Below, piece after piece: positions 29,712 through 41,400 of a DNA stretch of 64,000 nt. Made by a program: the position numbers and the translations under genes. This DNA comes from Candidatus Latescibacterota bacterium. Lineage in GTDB: Bacteria > Latescibacterota > UBA2968 > UBA8231. Below the pieces are notes generated by a model. That model saw only the letters and a program-made list of their open reading frames with translations, was not told the DNA's origin and searched no databases. The stretch covers positions 2,080,001 to 2,144,000 of the forward strand of contig OZ242318.1 in the NCBI GenBank assembly GCA_965208105.1. Reading direction: 5' to 3'. Each line of letters starts with the position of its first letter. Within the stretch, counting starts at the first letter, position 1.

Positions 29712-32078
29712 ATGAGGCCGGCTGAAGAATTGGAACGAGAAAACAGGGCGTTGCGGGAGCGTCTGGCCCAATCTATCGAGGTCAGCCTGCGCATCAACGA
29801 GAGTCTCGATTTCAACACCGTACTGCAAGGGGTCCTGGACTCGGCCCGGTCGCTGACGGGGGCCCGGTATGGGGTGATTACGGTGGGAGACGGTTCGGGG
29901 CAACCGGAGGACTTCCTCTCCTCGGGGTTGACGGCCGGGGAGGCGGACCAACTGTGGGACCTGCCCGACGGCCCGCGCCTGTTCGAGTATCTCGGCGGCC
30001 TTTCAACACCGCTGCGGCTGGCGGACCTTCTGGTCCACCTCTCCTCGTTGGGCCTTCCCGACCATTTCCCTCTCGTGGCGGTGACCCCGAAGTTCTCCTT
30101 CCTTGGCGCTCCGATTCTCCACCAAGGCCAGCGGGTGGGGAACATCTACCTGGGCAAGAAGGAAGCGGGCGAGGAGTTCACCGAGGCCCATGAGGAGACC
30201 CTGGTCCTGTTCGCCGCGCAAGCCGCCATGGTCCTATCCAACGCCCGCAGATACCGGGATGAGCAGCGGACCCGAATGGATCTGGAGACGCTGATAAACA
30301 CCTCACCGGTGGGGGTGATCCTCTGGGACGTGAGGACCGGCAGGCCGGTTTCGTTCAACCGGGAAGTCCGAAGGATCGTCGACGGCCTGCGCAATCCGGA
30401 CCAGTCGCCCGGAGATCTCCTCCAGATTTTGACCTTGCGGCGCGGAGACGGGCGAGAGGTCTCCGTTGCCCAGACGCTGAGCGACTGTGAAACCGTGCGG
30501 GTCGAGGAGATCGTCCTGCGGGTGCCCGACGGCCGGTCGGTCACAGTGCTTCTCAATGCGACGCCGATCCGCTCGGAGGAGAACGGCGAGGTGGAGTCGG
30601 CGGTGATGACGCTGCAGGACATGACCCCTCTGATGGAGGTAGAGCGCCTGCGGGCCGAGTTTCTCGCCATGGTGAGCCACGAGTTGCGCGCCCCTCTGAC
30701 CTCCATCAAGGGTTCCACGGCCACGGTGTTGGGCGACCCCTCTACCCTGAGCGCGGCCGAGATGATTCAGTTCTTTCGCCTCATCAACCGTCAGGCCGAC
30801 CATATGAGTGGCCTGATCAAGGACCTGCTGGACGTGGGCCGCATCGAGACGGGCACCTTGCAGATCGATCCAACCCCCACCTCGGTGGCCGGCCTGGTGG
30901 ACCAGGCCCGCAACACCTTTTTGGGTGGGGTGAAATCAGGAAACCTTCGGATCGAACTGGCGGTCGATCTTCCCCGGGTGATGGCGGACAGGGGGCGCAT
31001 CGTCCAGGTGTTGGGCAACCTGCTGTCCAACGCGTTCCGGCACTCTCCCCAATGGGGGGCACCCGTCCTGGTTTCGGCGGTGGAGGAGGAGGTTCACGTG
31101 GCGGTATCCGTTACGGACCGGGGCCGGGGAGTTTCGGCCGAGCAGTTGCCGCACCTGTTTCGCAGGTTCCCCCGCTTCAACGGGGAAGACGGGGAGGGGA
31201 AGTGGGGGGCAGGCCTGGGCTTGGCCATCTGCAAAGGCATCGTGGAATCCCACGGGGGCCGAATCTGGGCCGAAAGCGAAGGGGAGGGCCGGGGGACGCG
31301 CATCACCTTCACCCTCCCCATCGTCGAGGAAGCCGCCATGGTCGTTGCGGGGGAAGCCGAATCCGGCTCCCCTCGCCGACAGGGCGGGAAGAGGCCGACC
31401 CCCATCCTGGTGGTGGACGATGACCCGCAGACCCTGCTGAGCGCGCGGGATACCTTGTCGAAAGCGGGGTACCAGACGGTGGCCACCGGCGATCCGGCGG
31501 AGGTACCCCTCCTTCTGGAGGAGCACCGTCCCCACCTGGTGCTTTTGGACCTGATGCTGCCCGAGGTCGACGGCATCGAGCTGATGCGGCAGATGTTCGA
31601 AATAACCACCTTGCCGGTCCTCATCCTGTCCGCCTATAGCCAGGAAGAGGTGATGGTCCGGGCCCTCGACGCCGGGGCGGCGGATTACGTGGTCAAGCCC
31701 TTCTCTCCGAATGAACTGACGGCCCGGATCCGGGCAGCCCTGCGCCGGGGCGCCTCACGAACCGAGCCGACCGAACCCTGCCTCTTGGGAGATCTGGCCA
31801 TAGACTACGTGGGACGGCGGGTGACGGTGGGAGGGCGGCGGGCGCGGTTGACCAACATCGAGTACCGGTTGCTGGTGGAGCTATCGGTCCATCTCGGCAG
31901 TGTAGTGACCTACCGGGAGCTGCTGCAGCGGGTCTGGAGGGGGAAGGCCCCGTCCGACCTGCGGTCGCTGCGCTCCGCGGTGAAGAGCCTACGCCGCAAG
32001 CTGGGCGACGACGCCCAGAAACCCGCCTACCTCTTCAACGAAGCTCGGGTCGGCTATCGGTTGGGAGGGGCTGAATAG
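29712..32078 (+). CDS. Cytoplasmic hybrid kinase-regulator: GAF-PAS-HisKA-HATPase-REC-OmpR winged helix
   Basis: SHELRAPLTSIKG, NLLSNA, GAGLGLAI, LVVDDD/LLDLMLP/KPF, LTNIEYRLL...GYRL. Confidence 0.92.
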   Translation: MRPAEELERENRALRERLAQSIEVSLRINESLDFNTVLQGVLDSARSLTGARYGVITVGDGSGQPEDFLSSGLTAGEADQLWDLPDGPRLFEYLGGLSTPLRLADLLVHLSSLGLPDHFPLVAVTPKFSFLGAPILHQGQRVGNIYLGKKEAGEEFTEAHEETLVLFAAQAAMVLSNARRYRDEQRTRMDLETLINTSPVGVILWDVRTGRPVSFNREVRRIVDGLRNPDQSPGDLLQILTLRRGDGREVSVAQTLSDCETVRVEEIVLRVPDGRSVTVLLNATPIRSEENGEVESAVMTLQDMTPLMEVERLRAEFLAMVSHELRAPLTSIKGSTATVLGDPSTLSAAEMIQFFRLINRQADHMSGLIKDLLDVGRIETGTLQIDPTPTSVAGLVDQARNTFLGGVKSGNLRIELAVDLPRVMADRGRIVQVLGNLLSNAFRHSPQWGAPVLVSAVEEEVHVAVSVTDRGRGVSAEQLPHLFRRFPRFNGEDGEGKWGAGLGLAICKGIVESHGGRIWAESEGEGRGTRITFTLPIVEEAAMVVAGEAESGSPRRQGGKRPTPILVVDDDPQTLLSARDTLSKAGYQTVATGDPAEVPLLLEEHRPHLVLLDLMLPEVDGIELMRQMFEITTLPVLILSAYSQEEVMVRALDAGAADYVVKPFSPNELTARIRAALRRGASRTEPTEPCLLGDLAIDYVGRRVTVGGRRARLTNIEYRLLVELSVHLGSVVTYRELLQRVWRGKAPSDLRSLRSAVKSLRRKLGDDAQKPAYLFNEARVGYRLGGAE

Positions 32079-32879
32079 GAAAAATCTGCGGGCAGGCGAC
32101 CCCTCGTCACCCGCTCACCCATCCGGTCGAATGATCGGAAAATCCACCGCTGTCCCGATGGCCGGAAAGGAGGATCGAGGCCGCTTCGATCTGGGCGAAA
32201 TGGCCCAAGCTCCGAAGGCTCACCAAGTTCATTGGAGACCCATAAAACGCCTTCGGTGCCGATCATCTTCCCCCAGGTCCCCTTTGGCTGTTTCGAATCC
32301 AGGTTAACCAGGCATCCTCTCCAATGACCGTCTTCCTGTCCTGAATCGCACCGCCCTCCTACGACCCCGTACCGGGCTCCCTTCAGCATCCGGGTGGGGC
32401 ATCTGGACCGCAGTATACCCCCACTTCAAAGATGTACAGGCCGACCTCGCTCCATCGAGAAGGCCCACCGGCAGCGCAAGGTTTTCTCGTTCGAGCTCCT
32501 TGGCCGGCCTCCATTAGCTCCTCTTGGCCGAGGGTCCTGCCCTTAGGGGCTCCACCCTCGGATAGGGATTCGGAGGCCACCTGGAATACCCCATCGTGTG
32601 GAAGGGGCAATTCTAAACAGGCGGATTTAAATTTTCCACCAAAACACCATCAAAATAAAGCTAATTCCACCAATATTTCACTTAAAGATATGTATCTTAG
32701 ATTGACGATAATTTCTGGCTACGCCCAAGAGATTAGACCTTGAGGAAGAAGCTGGAGACCTGGAAGAGCCCCATTCCCCTTTCGGTCCATATCATGTGCG
32801 CCGGGGAGGGCAAAATGGGGGATTTGTGGCCTGGGTCGAACGAGTTGATCCGAAAAACATACGGAGGATGAAAATCACC

Positions 32880-33458
32880 ATGAAATCAATCCCCATCCTG
32901 ATGGTCATGCTTCTTTCCCTCGCCGTGGAAGTCCTCGCCCGAGATTCTGAACTGGTGGGACGATGGGAGACACGCACTGAGGAGGAGGCCGGAATCCTTT
33001 CAAGTATTATGAGCCTGGGGCCGGACGGCGCATACAAGCTCGAGCTGTTTGCCCAAGATGAAACCGGCGGTGCGCTCCCTCACACTATCGAGGTCCTCGA
33101 TGGTCGGGTATTCACCGGCGAATGGAATACCACAGACAGCCTGCTCGTCATCCACATTGAACTGACCCCGGATGTAGCCATGTTTTTTGCTTTGGTGGTA
33201 GCCGGTCTGCAGATGGATCTCACTGGCGAGGAGGTCAGTCCGGAGGAATTGCAGGAATTGGCGGCCCAGGTCGAGGCCGACCTGCGGAGTTTCATCGAGG
33301 AGACGGGTAGCAGTCTGGTGCCCTTCATGGAAATCACCTACGAGCTTTCAGGCGATACGCTCGTTTTCCATGACGAGGACGGCCCTACCATCTGGCATCG
33401 ACTATCGCGGACGGCGGTTCAGAGGGCAAGCTGGGGCCAAATCAAGGCGGATTGGTAG
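32880..33458 (+). CDS. Secreted lipocalin-like protein with SWG tail
   Basis: Signal peptide, LVGRW, YELSGDTL, ends TAVQRASWGQIKADW. Confidence 0.75.
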   Translation: MKSIPILMVMLLSLAVEVLARDSELVGRWETRTEEEAGILSSIMSLGPDGAYKLELFAQDETGGALPHTIEVLDGRVFTGEWNTTDSLLVIHIELTPDVAMFFALVVAGLQMDLTGEEVSPEELQELAAQVEADLRSFIEETGSSLVPFMEITYELSGDTLVFHDEDGPTIWHRLSRTAVQRASWGQIKADW

Positions 33459-34081
33459 GAAAAAGGCATGCAAGGGTCCCATTCGAAGTGCTCCGGTAGG
33501 GCCGATTTGGTGGGCCTCCTAACCGTCGGTCGCGCTGAGGGTCGCGGTCCGGAGCACGGCAATCTCTGATGGTCAATGTGTTCAAGCCTCGCTTCTGTCT
33601 GCGTTGCCAAAGGGATATTACTTACTCGCACGGCAACGCAAAGTATTGCACTCGGTGTAGACCAATAATAAAGCTGGAACAGGTGTGGAAAAATCGATCC
33701 CTCAAGAGGCCAAAGAAACAAGAGTGAACATTTGAAAACCAGGGGTGGTTTTGAGGGGACTCCCAAAGCTGAATCACCTTGGATGTGAGGGTGGAGGTAT
33801 TTTGCTTATTCCGTTTACAATTCTCTGGTTGATCGAGGCCATGGCCATATTGACCAGAAATGGCATGTATACGAGGAAAATCTGCTCGAGAAGGCAAGGT
33901 GCGATCCAAGCAAGCATGCCCTGATGATCGACCTGAAGCCAAATAGCGAAGAAATTGACATGTATCGGATTCGGAATGTATGAGGAGATTCCGATGAATT
34001 CTGGAATCCAATACTGCTTGAATGGTAACAGCCTTCAGGGCCGCTTTCTTTTGGCTCAAGGACAGAAAAGGAGGGGATGAT

Positions 34082-34660
34082 ATGTGCACCATTCTGTTAC
34101 TTTTGTTTTTACCTCTGAGCGCCGCCTGGGCTCAGGCAGGGTTTATCGGCACCTGGACGGGAGTAGTTGACACGGAAGACGTGGGGGTGGATGAGGTGGA
34201 AATCCAGTTCAAGGAAGATGGCGTTCTGGTCTACATCCAGAAGGTCACATTGGACGACGAGGGTTCCGAGCCGGTCGAACTGGCTCTGGAAGGCACCGGC
34301 ACTTGGCGCACCGCCGGCGAGAATATCTGGTTGGAAGTAACCGAGATCGTCCTCGACGACCACACTCTGGCTCTGTTGACCGAGTTCGCCAAAGGCATAG
34401 CTCGAGCTGTGGCCGACATCCTGGGCATCTCAGACGAGGATTATCCGGCTTTCGAGGCGGACGCTGTGGCGGAGTTCATGGCTGAGTTTGAGCAAACGGC
34501 AGAGGGAGTGACCGCCTCCGGGACCTTTGCCGTGGAAGGCCATACCCTGACCCTGGAAATGACCGACGAGGAGGGGAGCCACTACACCTTCGAACTCCAA
34601 CGAAAGTTGACGGCCGTCAGGAAAATCAGTTGGGGCCAGATCAAATTATCGAGGAATTGA
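34082..34660 (+). CDS. Secreted lipocalin-like protein with SWG tail
   Basis: GGAGG RBS, signal AWA-Q, FIGTW, FAVEGHTL, ends TAVRKISWGQIKLSRN. Confidence 0.75.
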   Translation: MCTILLLLFLPLSAAWAQAGFIGTWTGVVDTEDVGVDEVEIQFKEDGVLVYIQKVTLDDEGSEPVELALEGTGTWRTAGENIWLEVTEIVLDDHTLALLTEFAKGIARAVADILGISDEDYPAFEADAVAEFMAEFEQTAEGVTASGTFAVEGHTLTLEMTDEEGSHYTFELQRKLTAVRKISWGQIKLSRN

Positions 34661-34991
34661 ATTATACAAGCTATGAAACCAAGCGGACTGTGGTGGACGT
34701 GCTGGCAAGTGGTTTGACCGGAGGAATCATCACGTCTCGCACCGTGAAAGGCACCTGGAAGGTGCCCAAGTAATGCATAAAGCAGCACATCTCAACAGAT
34801 GGGGCTAGTCGAGCGGCGCGTCACGTAATCTCGAATCCTCGTCTCCATTGACGGGAATTGTGGCTTGCCGAAGACCCCTTATGTCGCGTCCCGGTAGGGC
34901 GATATCCTTGCAGCGCCACCTATAACGCAAATCCTGGCGGGAGCGACCGGGACGCTTTAACAACCCTACCTATTTTCAAGGAGGAAATCCA

Positions 34992-35282
34992 ATGGACGTG
35001 ATTCCCTATCTAACCCCCGTCCTCGTCCTGGCCGTCGGTCTTTTTCTGTGGCAAGTGATGGGAAGACGGATGGACGACATCAGTGCCGGTCTGAATACAC
35101 GACTCGACGATATCAGCACTGGGCTGAACAAGCGCCACGACGATACTACCCGGTATTTGCAAGACTTGCGCTCCGATATGCAGGATTTGCGAACCGAGCT
35201 GCATGGCCTGCACTCCAACCATACGCGGCATCTGGAATCCCATATACAACAGCTCGAACGAAGAAAGGAAACAGGGGGTTAA
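34992..35282 (+). CDS. Small single-TM coiled-coil protein
   Basis: GGAGG RBS; YLTP-TM, 11-aa repeat RMDDISAGLNT/RLDDISTGLNK, RHLE. Confidence 0.7.
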   Translation: MDVIPYLTPVLVLAVGLFLWQVMGRRMDDISAGLNTRLDDISTGLNKRHDDTTRYLQDLRSDMQDLRTELHGLHSNHTRHLESHIQQLERRKETGG

Positions 35283-35589
35283 TGAAAGGGTAGGGTATAG
35301 TCGCGGCGGTGCGAGAAGGCCTATCAGGTGTCCTATTTGCGCACTCGCACCGCCAGGCGTCCCAATTCAGATGAAAGGTATTGCTGGTCTCATCGGCTTG
35401 GTGTTGAGCGTCACCTGGAGGGGCACCCGTGAAAACGATCATCGAACTCATTTTGCTGTGGACCTTGCCTGCGGCCGTCATCAGGAATGAAGTGGTATTA
35501 AGTAGGAAGAACTACCATCTCACTCCGGCCCGCCTGACGGGAGGGTGCGGGTAGCAATCCGGACGAGAATGACATCGGTAACGAACAAC

Positions 35590-35900
35590 ATGGCGGGTCC
35601 GCCGATACCCAAGCGCGGAAGCGAGCTGGCCATCGGCTGGATGCAACGGGCTCTGGAGGCCACGGGCGGGACCGCCCGCCATCACAGACATGCTGATGGA
35701 GGACATCGGCACCGGATCGGGTGCCCTGGCCGAAATCCCGCGCTGCACCATGGAGTACCGGCAAGATGGGGGAGAGGCGCCCGGGTCGTGGTCAAGCTGT
35801 GCAGTTCGGACAGGAGAAACGCCCATGTCGCCAGATTGTTCGACATGTACAGGCGGGAGTACGGCTGTTTCCGCCTGCTTGCGCCTCACATTCCAATCCG
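35590..35900 (+). pseudogene. Phosphotransferase (APH/ecdysteroid-kinase-like) N-terminal fragment
   Basis: EDIGTGSG...APGS/VVKL...MYRREYGCFRLLAP across frameshifts. Confidence 0.5.
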
Positions 35901-36381
35901 TCTGGGTGGGACCGCAAATAGGCGCAACCAACGAAGGAGGGCTTCGGTGGTCACAAAACTCTCTCAATGAACATGAGGACGTGGGAAATCCCGAGATCTA
36001 CACCAAGACCCGAATGAGATACTGCTATCCAAGTGTGAACGAAGACGCCTGGGATGCGTTCAAGGAGAAATTTCTCTTCGAGGACGTAAACGACGAGGAC
36101 AAGTGGTACAACTTCTCCGGCTACGGACTTCAAATCTATGACCATGCTTCAGAAGAGTGTGATTGGCCCAACTGGAGCAAAAACAGCAAGAAGGACCATG
36201 CCAAAATAGCTGTGTGGGGGGAGGATCTCGGGGCCAATCCCGACGACAAGGTGGCCAAGTGGATCAAAGTGGCGACCGAAACTCCTGTAACCGGGCGTCA
36301 TCTTACCAAAACGGATTTTCTTCTGGAGAGGAATACCGGGTGGCCCTATCCGGGCGTCGGGAACGACGGGGACCCTGACAA

Positions 36382-37317
36382 TTGAAAGCCGCGGGGTTGG
36401 TACTCGTGCTGGTCGGGGGGCTGGCCGCCTCCCGACCAGCGGTCGCCGGATGGTATGTCGGCATGGACAATATCCTGTTCAGGCCCTACGACGGCAGGAT
36501 GCTCTGGTCTCATACGGATCTTCCTCTGGAGTGCGATCAGTGGTTCCCAGGCCACCTGGAGCTCAACGACAGCCATTGCCGCCCGAAAAGCGACATCTAC
36601 GTCAATCATCCAGAGAGTTTTCACTCGAACAGCCTGTTCCACGGCCTCCACGCGGGGTATCGATGGAGCCACTTCCGCCTCGAGCTCGAGTACTATTTCC
36701 GCGAACACCATGCCTACGAAAGGATGGCTCCGTTCCACCGGGCCGGGACCCACATAGACGTATTGGGGTACGACGACGAGGACCATCCGTGGAGGCGGGG
36801 TCTTTCGCAGGAGCTCTACTTCTCCGTCGAACGCATCGCCGAGGTCTGGGCGCATTGCAGCTTTTTAAACGTCTACTACAATTTCGAGGGGCTCCCAGGG
36901 CCTTTGCTGCCGTATGTCGGCATGGGCGCCGGATGGGCCTACCAGCACGTATACTACTGGGGACTGCTTCAACGCAGCCACGACGAGGAAGCCATCGAGA
37001 GCCTGGGCGAGCCGGCGGCTGCCGCCGGCACCCTGACAATGACCTACAATGACCTGTATGATCACAACTGGGCCTACCAGTTCGTCTTGGGCATGGACTG
37101 GAACATGCGTCCGAAAGTACAACTGGGCCTGAAGGTCGGCCTTATGGATATTCCAGGAGAATTCTCCGACAGCGCATCGTTTCGGCTGCTCCGGTCCCAC
37201 GAATCCCTCCGGGAGCCAGGGGCCCGGCCCGAGTACGAAGAGCCCATCCAGTACACTCTGCAGTTGAACGAATGGCGGACCTGGCGCTTTGCTCTCAACG
37301 TGAAAGCCCTATTTTGA
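36382..37317 (+). CDS. Opacity/OmpA-like outer-membrane beta-barrel
   Basis: Signal, GWYVG, FRLELEY, NVYYNF, PYVGMGAG, AYQFVLG, terminal F. Confidence 0.75.
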   Translation: MKAAGLVLVLVGGLAASRPAVAGWYVGMDNILFRPYDGRMLWSHTDLPLECDQWFPGHLELNDSHCRPKSDIYVNHPESFHSNSLFHGLHAGYRWSHFRLELEYYFREHHAYERMAPFHRAGTHIDVLGYDDEDHPWRRGLSQELYFSVERIAEVWAHCSFLNVYYNFEGLPGPLLPYVGMGAGWAYQHVYYWGLLQRSHDEEAIESLGEPAAAAGTLTMTYNDLYDHNWAYQFVLGMDWNMRPKVQLGLKVGLMDIPGEFSDSASFRLLRSHESLREPGARPEYEEPIQYTLQLNEWRTWRFALNVKALF

Positions 37318-37686
37318 AAAGAATGTCCTGTACCAATCTTCATCTCCATTGGCCAATGGAGATAGCGCCATGACGGAACAAACCGTAACGGGCGGAGCAC
37401 AAGCAGCCGGGAGCATTCGCACCCTTCGGCCTCGGCACGCATCGGTGCCTGGGCAGCGGTTTCGCGGAGACTCAAATCGCCTTGACGCTCCTGACCATCG
37501 TACGCGATGTGGAAGTCGCGTTGTCCCCGCCTGGCTACAAACTGAAGACGAAACATACGCCCACCCCCGCACCCGGACCTCGTTCAGGTTCCGCGTCAAG
37601 GACCGCGAAGCGGACCCGGACAAATCCTGGCGGAATGGCAGCAGGGCGCACAATGCACACAATGTACACGAAAGGAAGGAGGGGAG

Positions 37687-38160
37687 ATGAAAGTCCATTT
37701 CAGACCGGTTGAAATCAGGCGGATGGCGCTCCTGATGGGGTTTCTCGCCGTGTACGGATGCGGCGAAGACGAATCGGCACTTGAGCCGTCTCCCCCCGAG
37801 GTCAATGTGGTGGTCGCTGACGGGCGCGACTGGGGCGACGACCCCTACGTCGTGAACTCGGCCGCCATCGACGGGCACCTGCTGACCATCGTAGTCTCAT
37901 TCAGTGGCGGCTGCCGGAGGCATGACTTCACTCTGGTGATCTCGGAAACGTTCAGGGAATCTAATCCGGTGCAGCTTCCTGCTGTGCTCGCTCATGATGC
38001 GAACGGGGACACCTGCGAGGCGTATCCGACCGAATCCCGCGTTTTCGACCTCGCCCCGGTCAGGACGCGCTATCAGCAGTTCTACGGACCCGGTCCGGGC
38101 CAAGTCGCTCTGCACATCGCGGGCGTTTCCGGCGACGACCTCCTCTACGAATTCGACTAA
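37687..38160 (+). CDS. Lipoprotein, NigD C-terminal-like
   Basis: Lipobox VYGC; SFSGGC..HDF.L...ESNPVQ...HDANGDTCEA. Confidence 0.7.
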   Translation: MKVHFRPVEIRRMALLMGFLAVYGCGEDESALEPSPPEVNVVVADGRDWGDDPYVVNSAAIDGHLLTIVVSFSGGCRRHDFTLVISETFRESNPVQLPAVLAHDANGDTCEAYPTESRVFDLAPVRTRYQQFYGPGPGQVALHIAGVSGDDLLYEFD

Positions 38161-38450
38161 CGGGCCAGACGCGGAGGCGCATGGGGAAAACTCCTGCACG
38201 AGTTCCCCATTCTCATGAGCGCATTATCACCTATATCCTTCCCACTCAACGGTTAAGAGGAATCATCACGGCTCGCACCGTGAAAGTCACCAAGAAGGCG
38301 CCCAAGTGATGCATCATAGGAAGGGGCTTCGTGCTGCCATCACTTTCGCAAAAATCTCAGGAGTTGACCGCGGTTGACCCTCACGTTCCGGGGTTCAGAG
38401 GAAAATACGCCAGGTGACTGGTATTGCTCGTGGGGGAGGCCGAGGAAGCC

Positions 38451-41400
38451 ATGAGAAATTTTACACCCATCCTATCCCTTGTGCTCTGGTCATTGAGTTG
38501 GCCTGCGTTCTCCTTGGCCGAAAACCCGCACTTCCACCAGCCGCTCGATCCGGAGAGGCTCGAGCGGCTTCTGCAACACGCTGCGGCCAAGCCTGCTCTC
38601 CAGGATGCAGGAGAACCACGCACCGTGCGAATGATCTACTTCCTGTCCGATCCGCAGGGCTTCCGGCAGGAAGTGGTGGACCGAATGAAGACAACGATCC
38701 GGGAGGTACAGCGCATTTTTGCCGATCAGATACGGGCGCACGGATTTGAGGAAACTACATTCCGTTATGAGAAGGATGCACAGGACGAGCCCATGGTTCA
38801 CCTCATATATGGGACCGGAGGCCATTACGACCCTTGGCGCGCCCTTGGACGTATTCATCAGGAATTCGATCTCAACGCGAACGTCTATTTCATCGTCCTT
38901 GGCAGCGAGGAAGATCTTCCATCTCGAAACACCATAGGAGGACTGGGACAGCAGTATACAAGGACCGGGGGCTGGGCGATGTTGAGGCAGGATCTCTTCC
39001 CCGATTTCGTTGCCTCGGCGGCCCATGAACTGGGGCACGCTTTCGGATTGAAGCACAATTTCAATGACGGGGAGTACATCATGTCCTATGGCCCCGGACA
39101 AAACAGGTTATCCGAGCTCAGCGCAGGCCACCTGGCCGTACACCCCTATTTCAACCCGGCCAGTCCCACGGACCAAGAATGGTACACCGAGTTGCCCACG
39201 GGGCAAGTTGTTTCCTCGCGTACCTACCCGACAGATGCGACAAGCGTCCCCATCCGGCTCGAGTTCAGCGACCCGGACGGTCTTCAGCAGGTATCTCTAT
39301 TGGTTACCACGCCGGAATCCCACTTTTCCGCGGGCTTTTTCGAATTGAAGACAGGCCGCCTGCTGAGGGGCGCGACGGAGGCCGTCGTCGACTTCGAGTA
39401 TGACGGGATCATTCCATCGGACAGGGACTCTACGAGTCTCTCCGCCCTCCTCACGCACAGGATAGAGTTCGAGGTCGTGGACATGCTCGGAAATATCGGC
39501 AGGATAGGCCTGTCGCTGCTGCATGAGTCGACCCACAAGCTCGTCATCCCCCTGGACCGGCGGGAAAGGATCGGAGCCTATGGGGTGACCTATTCTCCCG
39601 ATGGCAAAATTCTTGCCTCAGGGCTGGAGAACCAGACCGTTGCCTTGTGGAACGCCGAGACCGGGGAACATCTGACCACACTAGCGAGGTATGAAGGGAT
39701 GGTCTGGTCCCTGGCCTTTTCCCCTGATGGGACGGTTCTCGCCACGGGGACCTGGGAAGGCACCATCAAGCTATGGGACACGGCGACGTGGACGGAGATC
39801 GTCACCCTACGGCATGGAGGCGAGGCAGGTCGGATCTATTCCCTGGCCTTTTCCCCCGATGGCAGGACCCTCGCCTCCGCGTTGACGGATGAATGGACGA
39901 GTCCGGCCAACACGATCAAGCTGTGGGAGGTGTCCACATGGGCCGAGGTCGCCGAGCTGAAAGGGCATGAGTATGGTGTCAGGACCGTAGCGTTCTCGCC
40001 GGATGGAGGGACCCTGGCCTCAGGTGCTTTCGACGGCACGATCAGGCTGTGGGACGTGGCCACAGGAGCGCAGGTCGGATATATCCCCTATGAGGCCGCG
40101 GTCACTTCCGTGGCCTTCTCGCCGGATGGAAAAACCCTCGTTTCGGGAGCTTTCAACAACATGGTCGCCTTCTGGGACGTTGAGCAGAGGACCTTCAAGG
40201 CTCAGTTCGAGGTAGCCAGACAGAATCTCCTGCGCTATGTCTCCTTCACCTCCGATGGCGGGAAAGTCGTCTCCGCGACACAGGGAGGGGCCATCGAGCT
40301 CTGGGAGGCGGATCTGCAGGCCGGGAGAATAGAGAGAGTCGCGGCCTTTCAGGCGGCCAGCGGCGACCAGCTGTACAACACTTCGGGGGCATTTTCTCCC
40401 GACGGCACGATCCTGGCCACGGCCCTGGGCAATTGGGGACAGGGGGATTACACCATCATCCTGTGGGACCTGTCCCCTTACGTCACCCCCGTTGTTCACG
40501 TGGCCGACTTCAACCTCAAGGCGGCGGTTCGAGAAGTCCTGGGCAAGTCCGATTTCGGCCCCCTCTTCAGGGAAGACATGGAGCGGTTGACCACACTCGA
40601 CCTGAGGAACCGGGAGATTCGCGATCTCCTCGGTCTCGAGTGGGCCACGCGACTGACGCGCCTCGATCTCAGGGGCAATCCTCTGAACACATCTGCCCTC
40701 AGCGCCTATATTCCAGCTCTGGAAGCCAGGGGCGTAGAGGTTTTGTTCCCACCTACCCCGCTGGTGGTGGCCAAGCTCTCGGACGACGGCCAGCAGGCAC
40801 GGTCGGGCCGTCGAGTTCAGGATCCTCTTGTCGTCGAGGTGCTTGATCAGAACGGGCGGCTCCTGCCGGGAGTGGTCGTGGAGTTTTCGGTTACCGAGGG
40901 GGAGGGCTCCCTTTCGGCATCCACTGACACCACCGACGCCATGGGCCGCGCCTCCACGGTCCTGACCATCGGGGAGGGGACAGGTACCCTCACCGTGGCG
41001 GTGAGGGTGAACGGCCTTGACCCGGAAGTCTTCACCGTCACGGCTTTTCCCATGGGAGACTTCAATGGCGACGGAGTAACCAGTTATGACGACTTCTTCC
41101 TCTTTGCCAAGGCGTTCGGCAGCAGCGACCCCCGCTTCGACCTGGACGGAAATGGCAAGGTGGGTATTTCCGACTTCTTTATCTTTGCCGATCATTTTGA
41201 GCAAGGACCCCGGTCGAAGCTTGTTGCCCTTGCGCGGGAGTTGATCGGTCTGCCTGAGTCAGCTACTCTGCACCAGAACACACCCAATCCATTCAACAGC
41301 CAGACCGTGATTTCCTGGTTCCAGCCGGTGCCGGGGACGGCGCGCCTTGAGGTGTTTTCCCTTGCAGGCCAAAGGATAGCGGTGCTAAGTAGGGGAATCC

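Noticed and set aside
33622-34092. 156-aa minus-strand ORF between the lipocalin-like genes
   Set aside because: No RBS or motif, and it overlaps the start of a better-supported gene
39560-40470. Periodic DNA repeats as a second CRISPR array
   Set aside because: They are the coding repeats of WD40 blades
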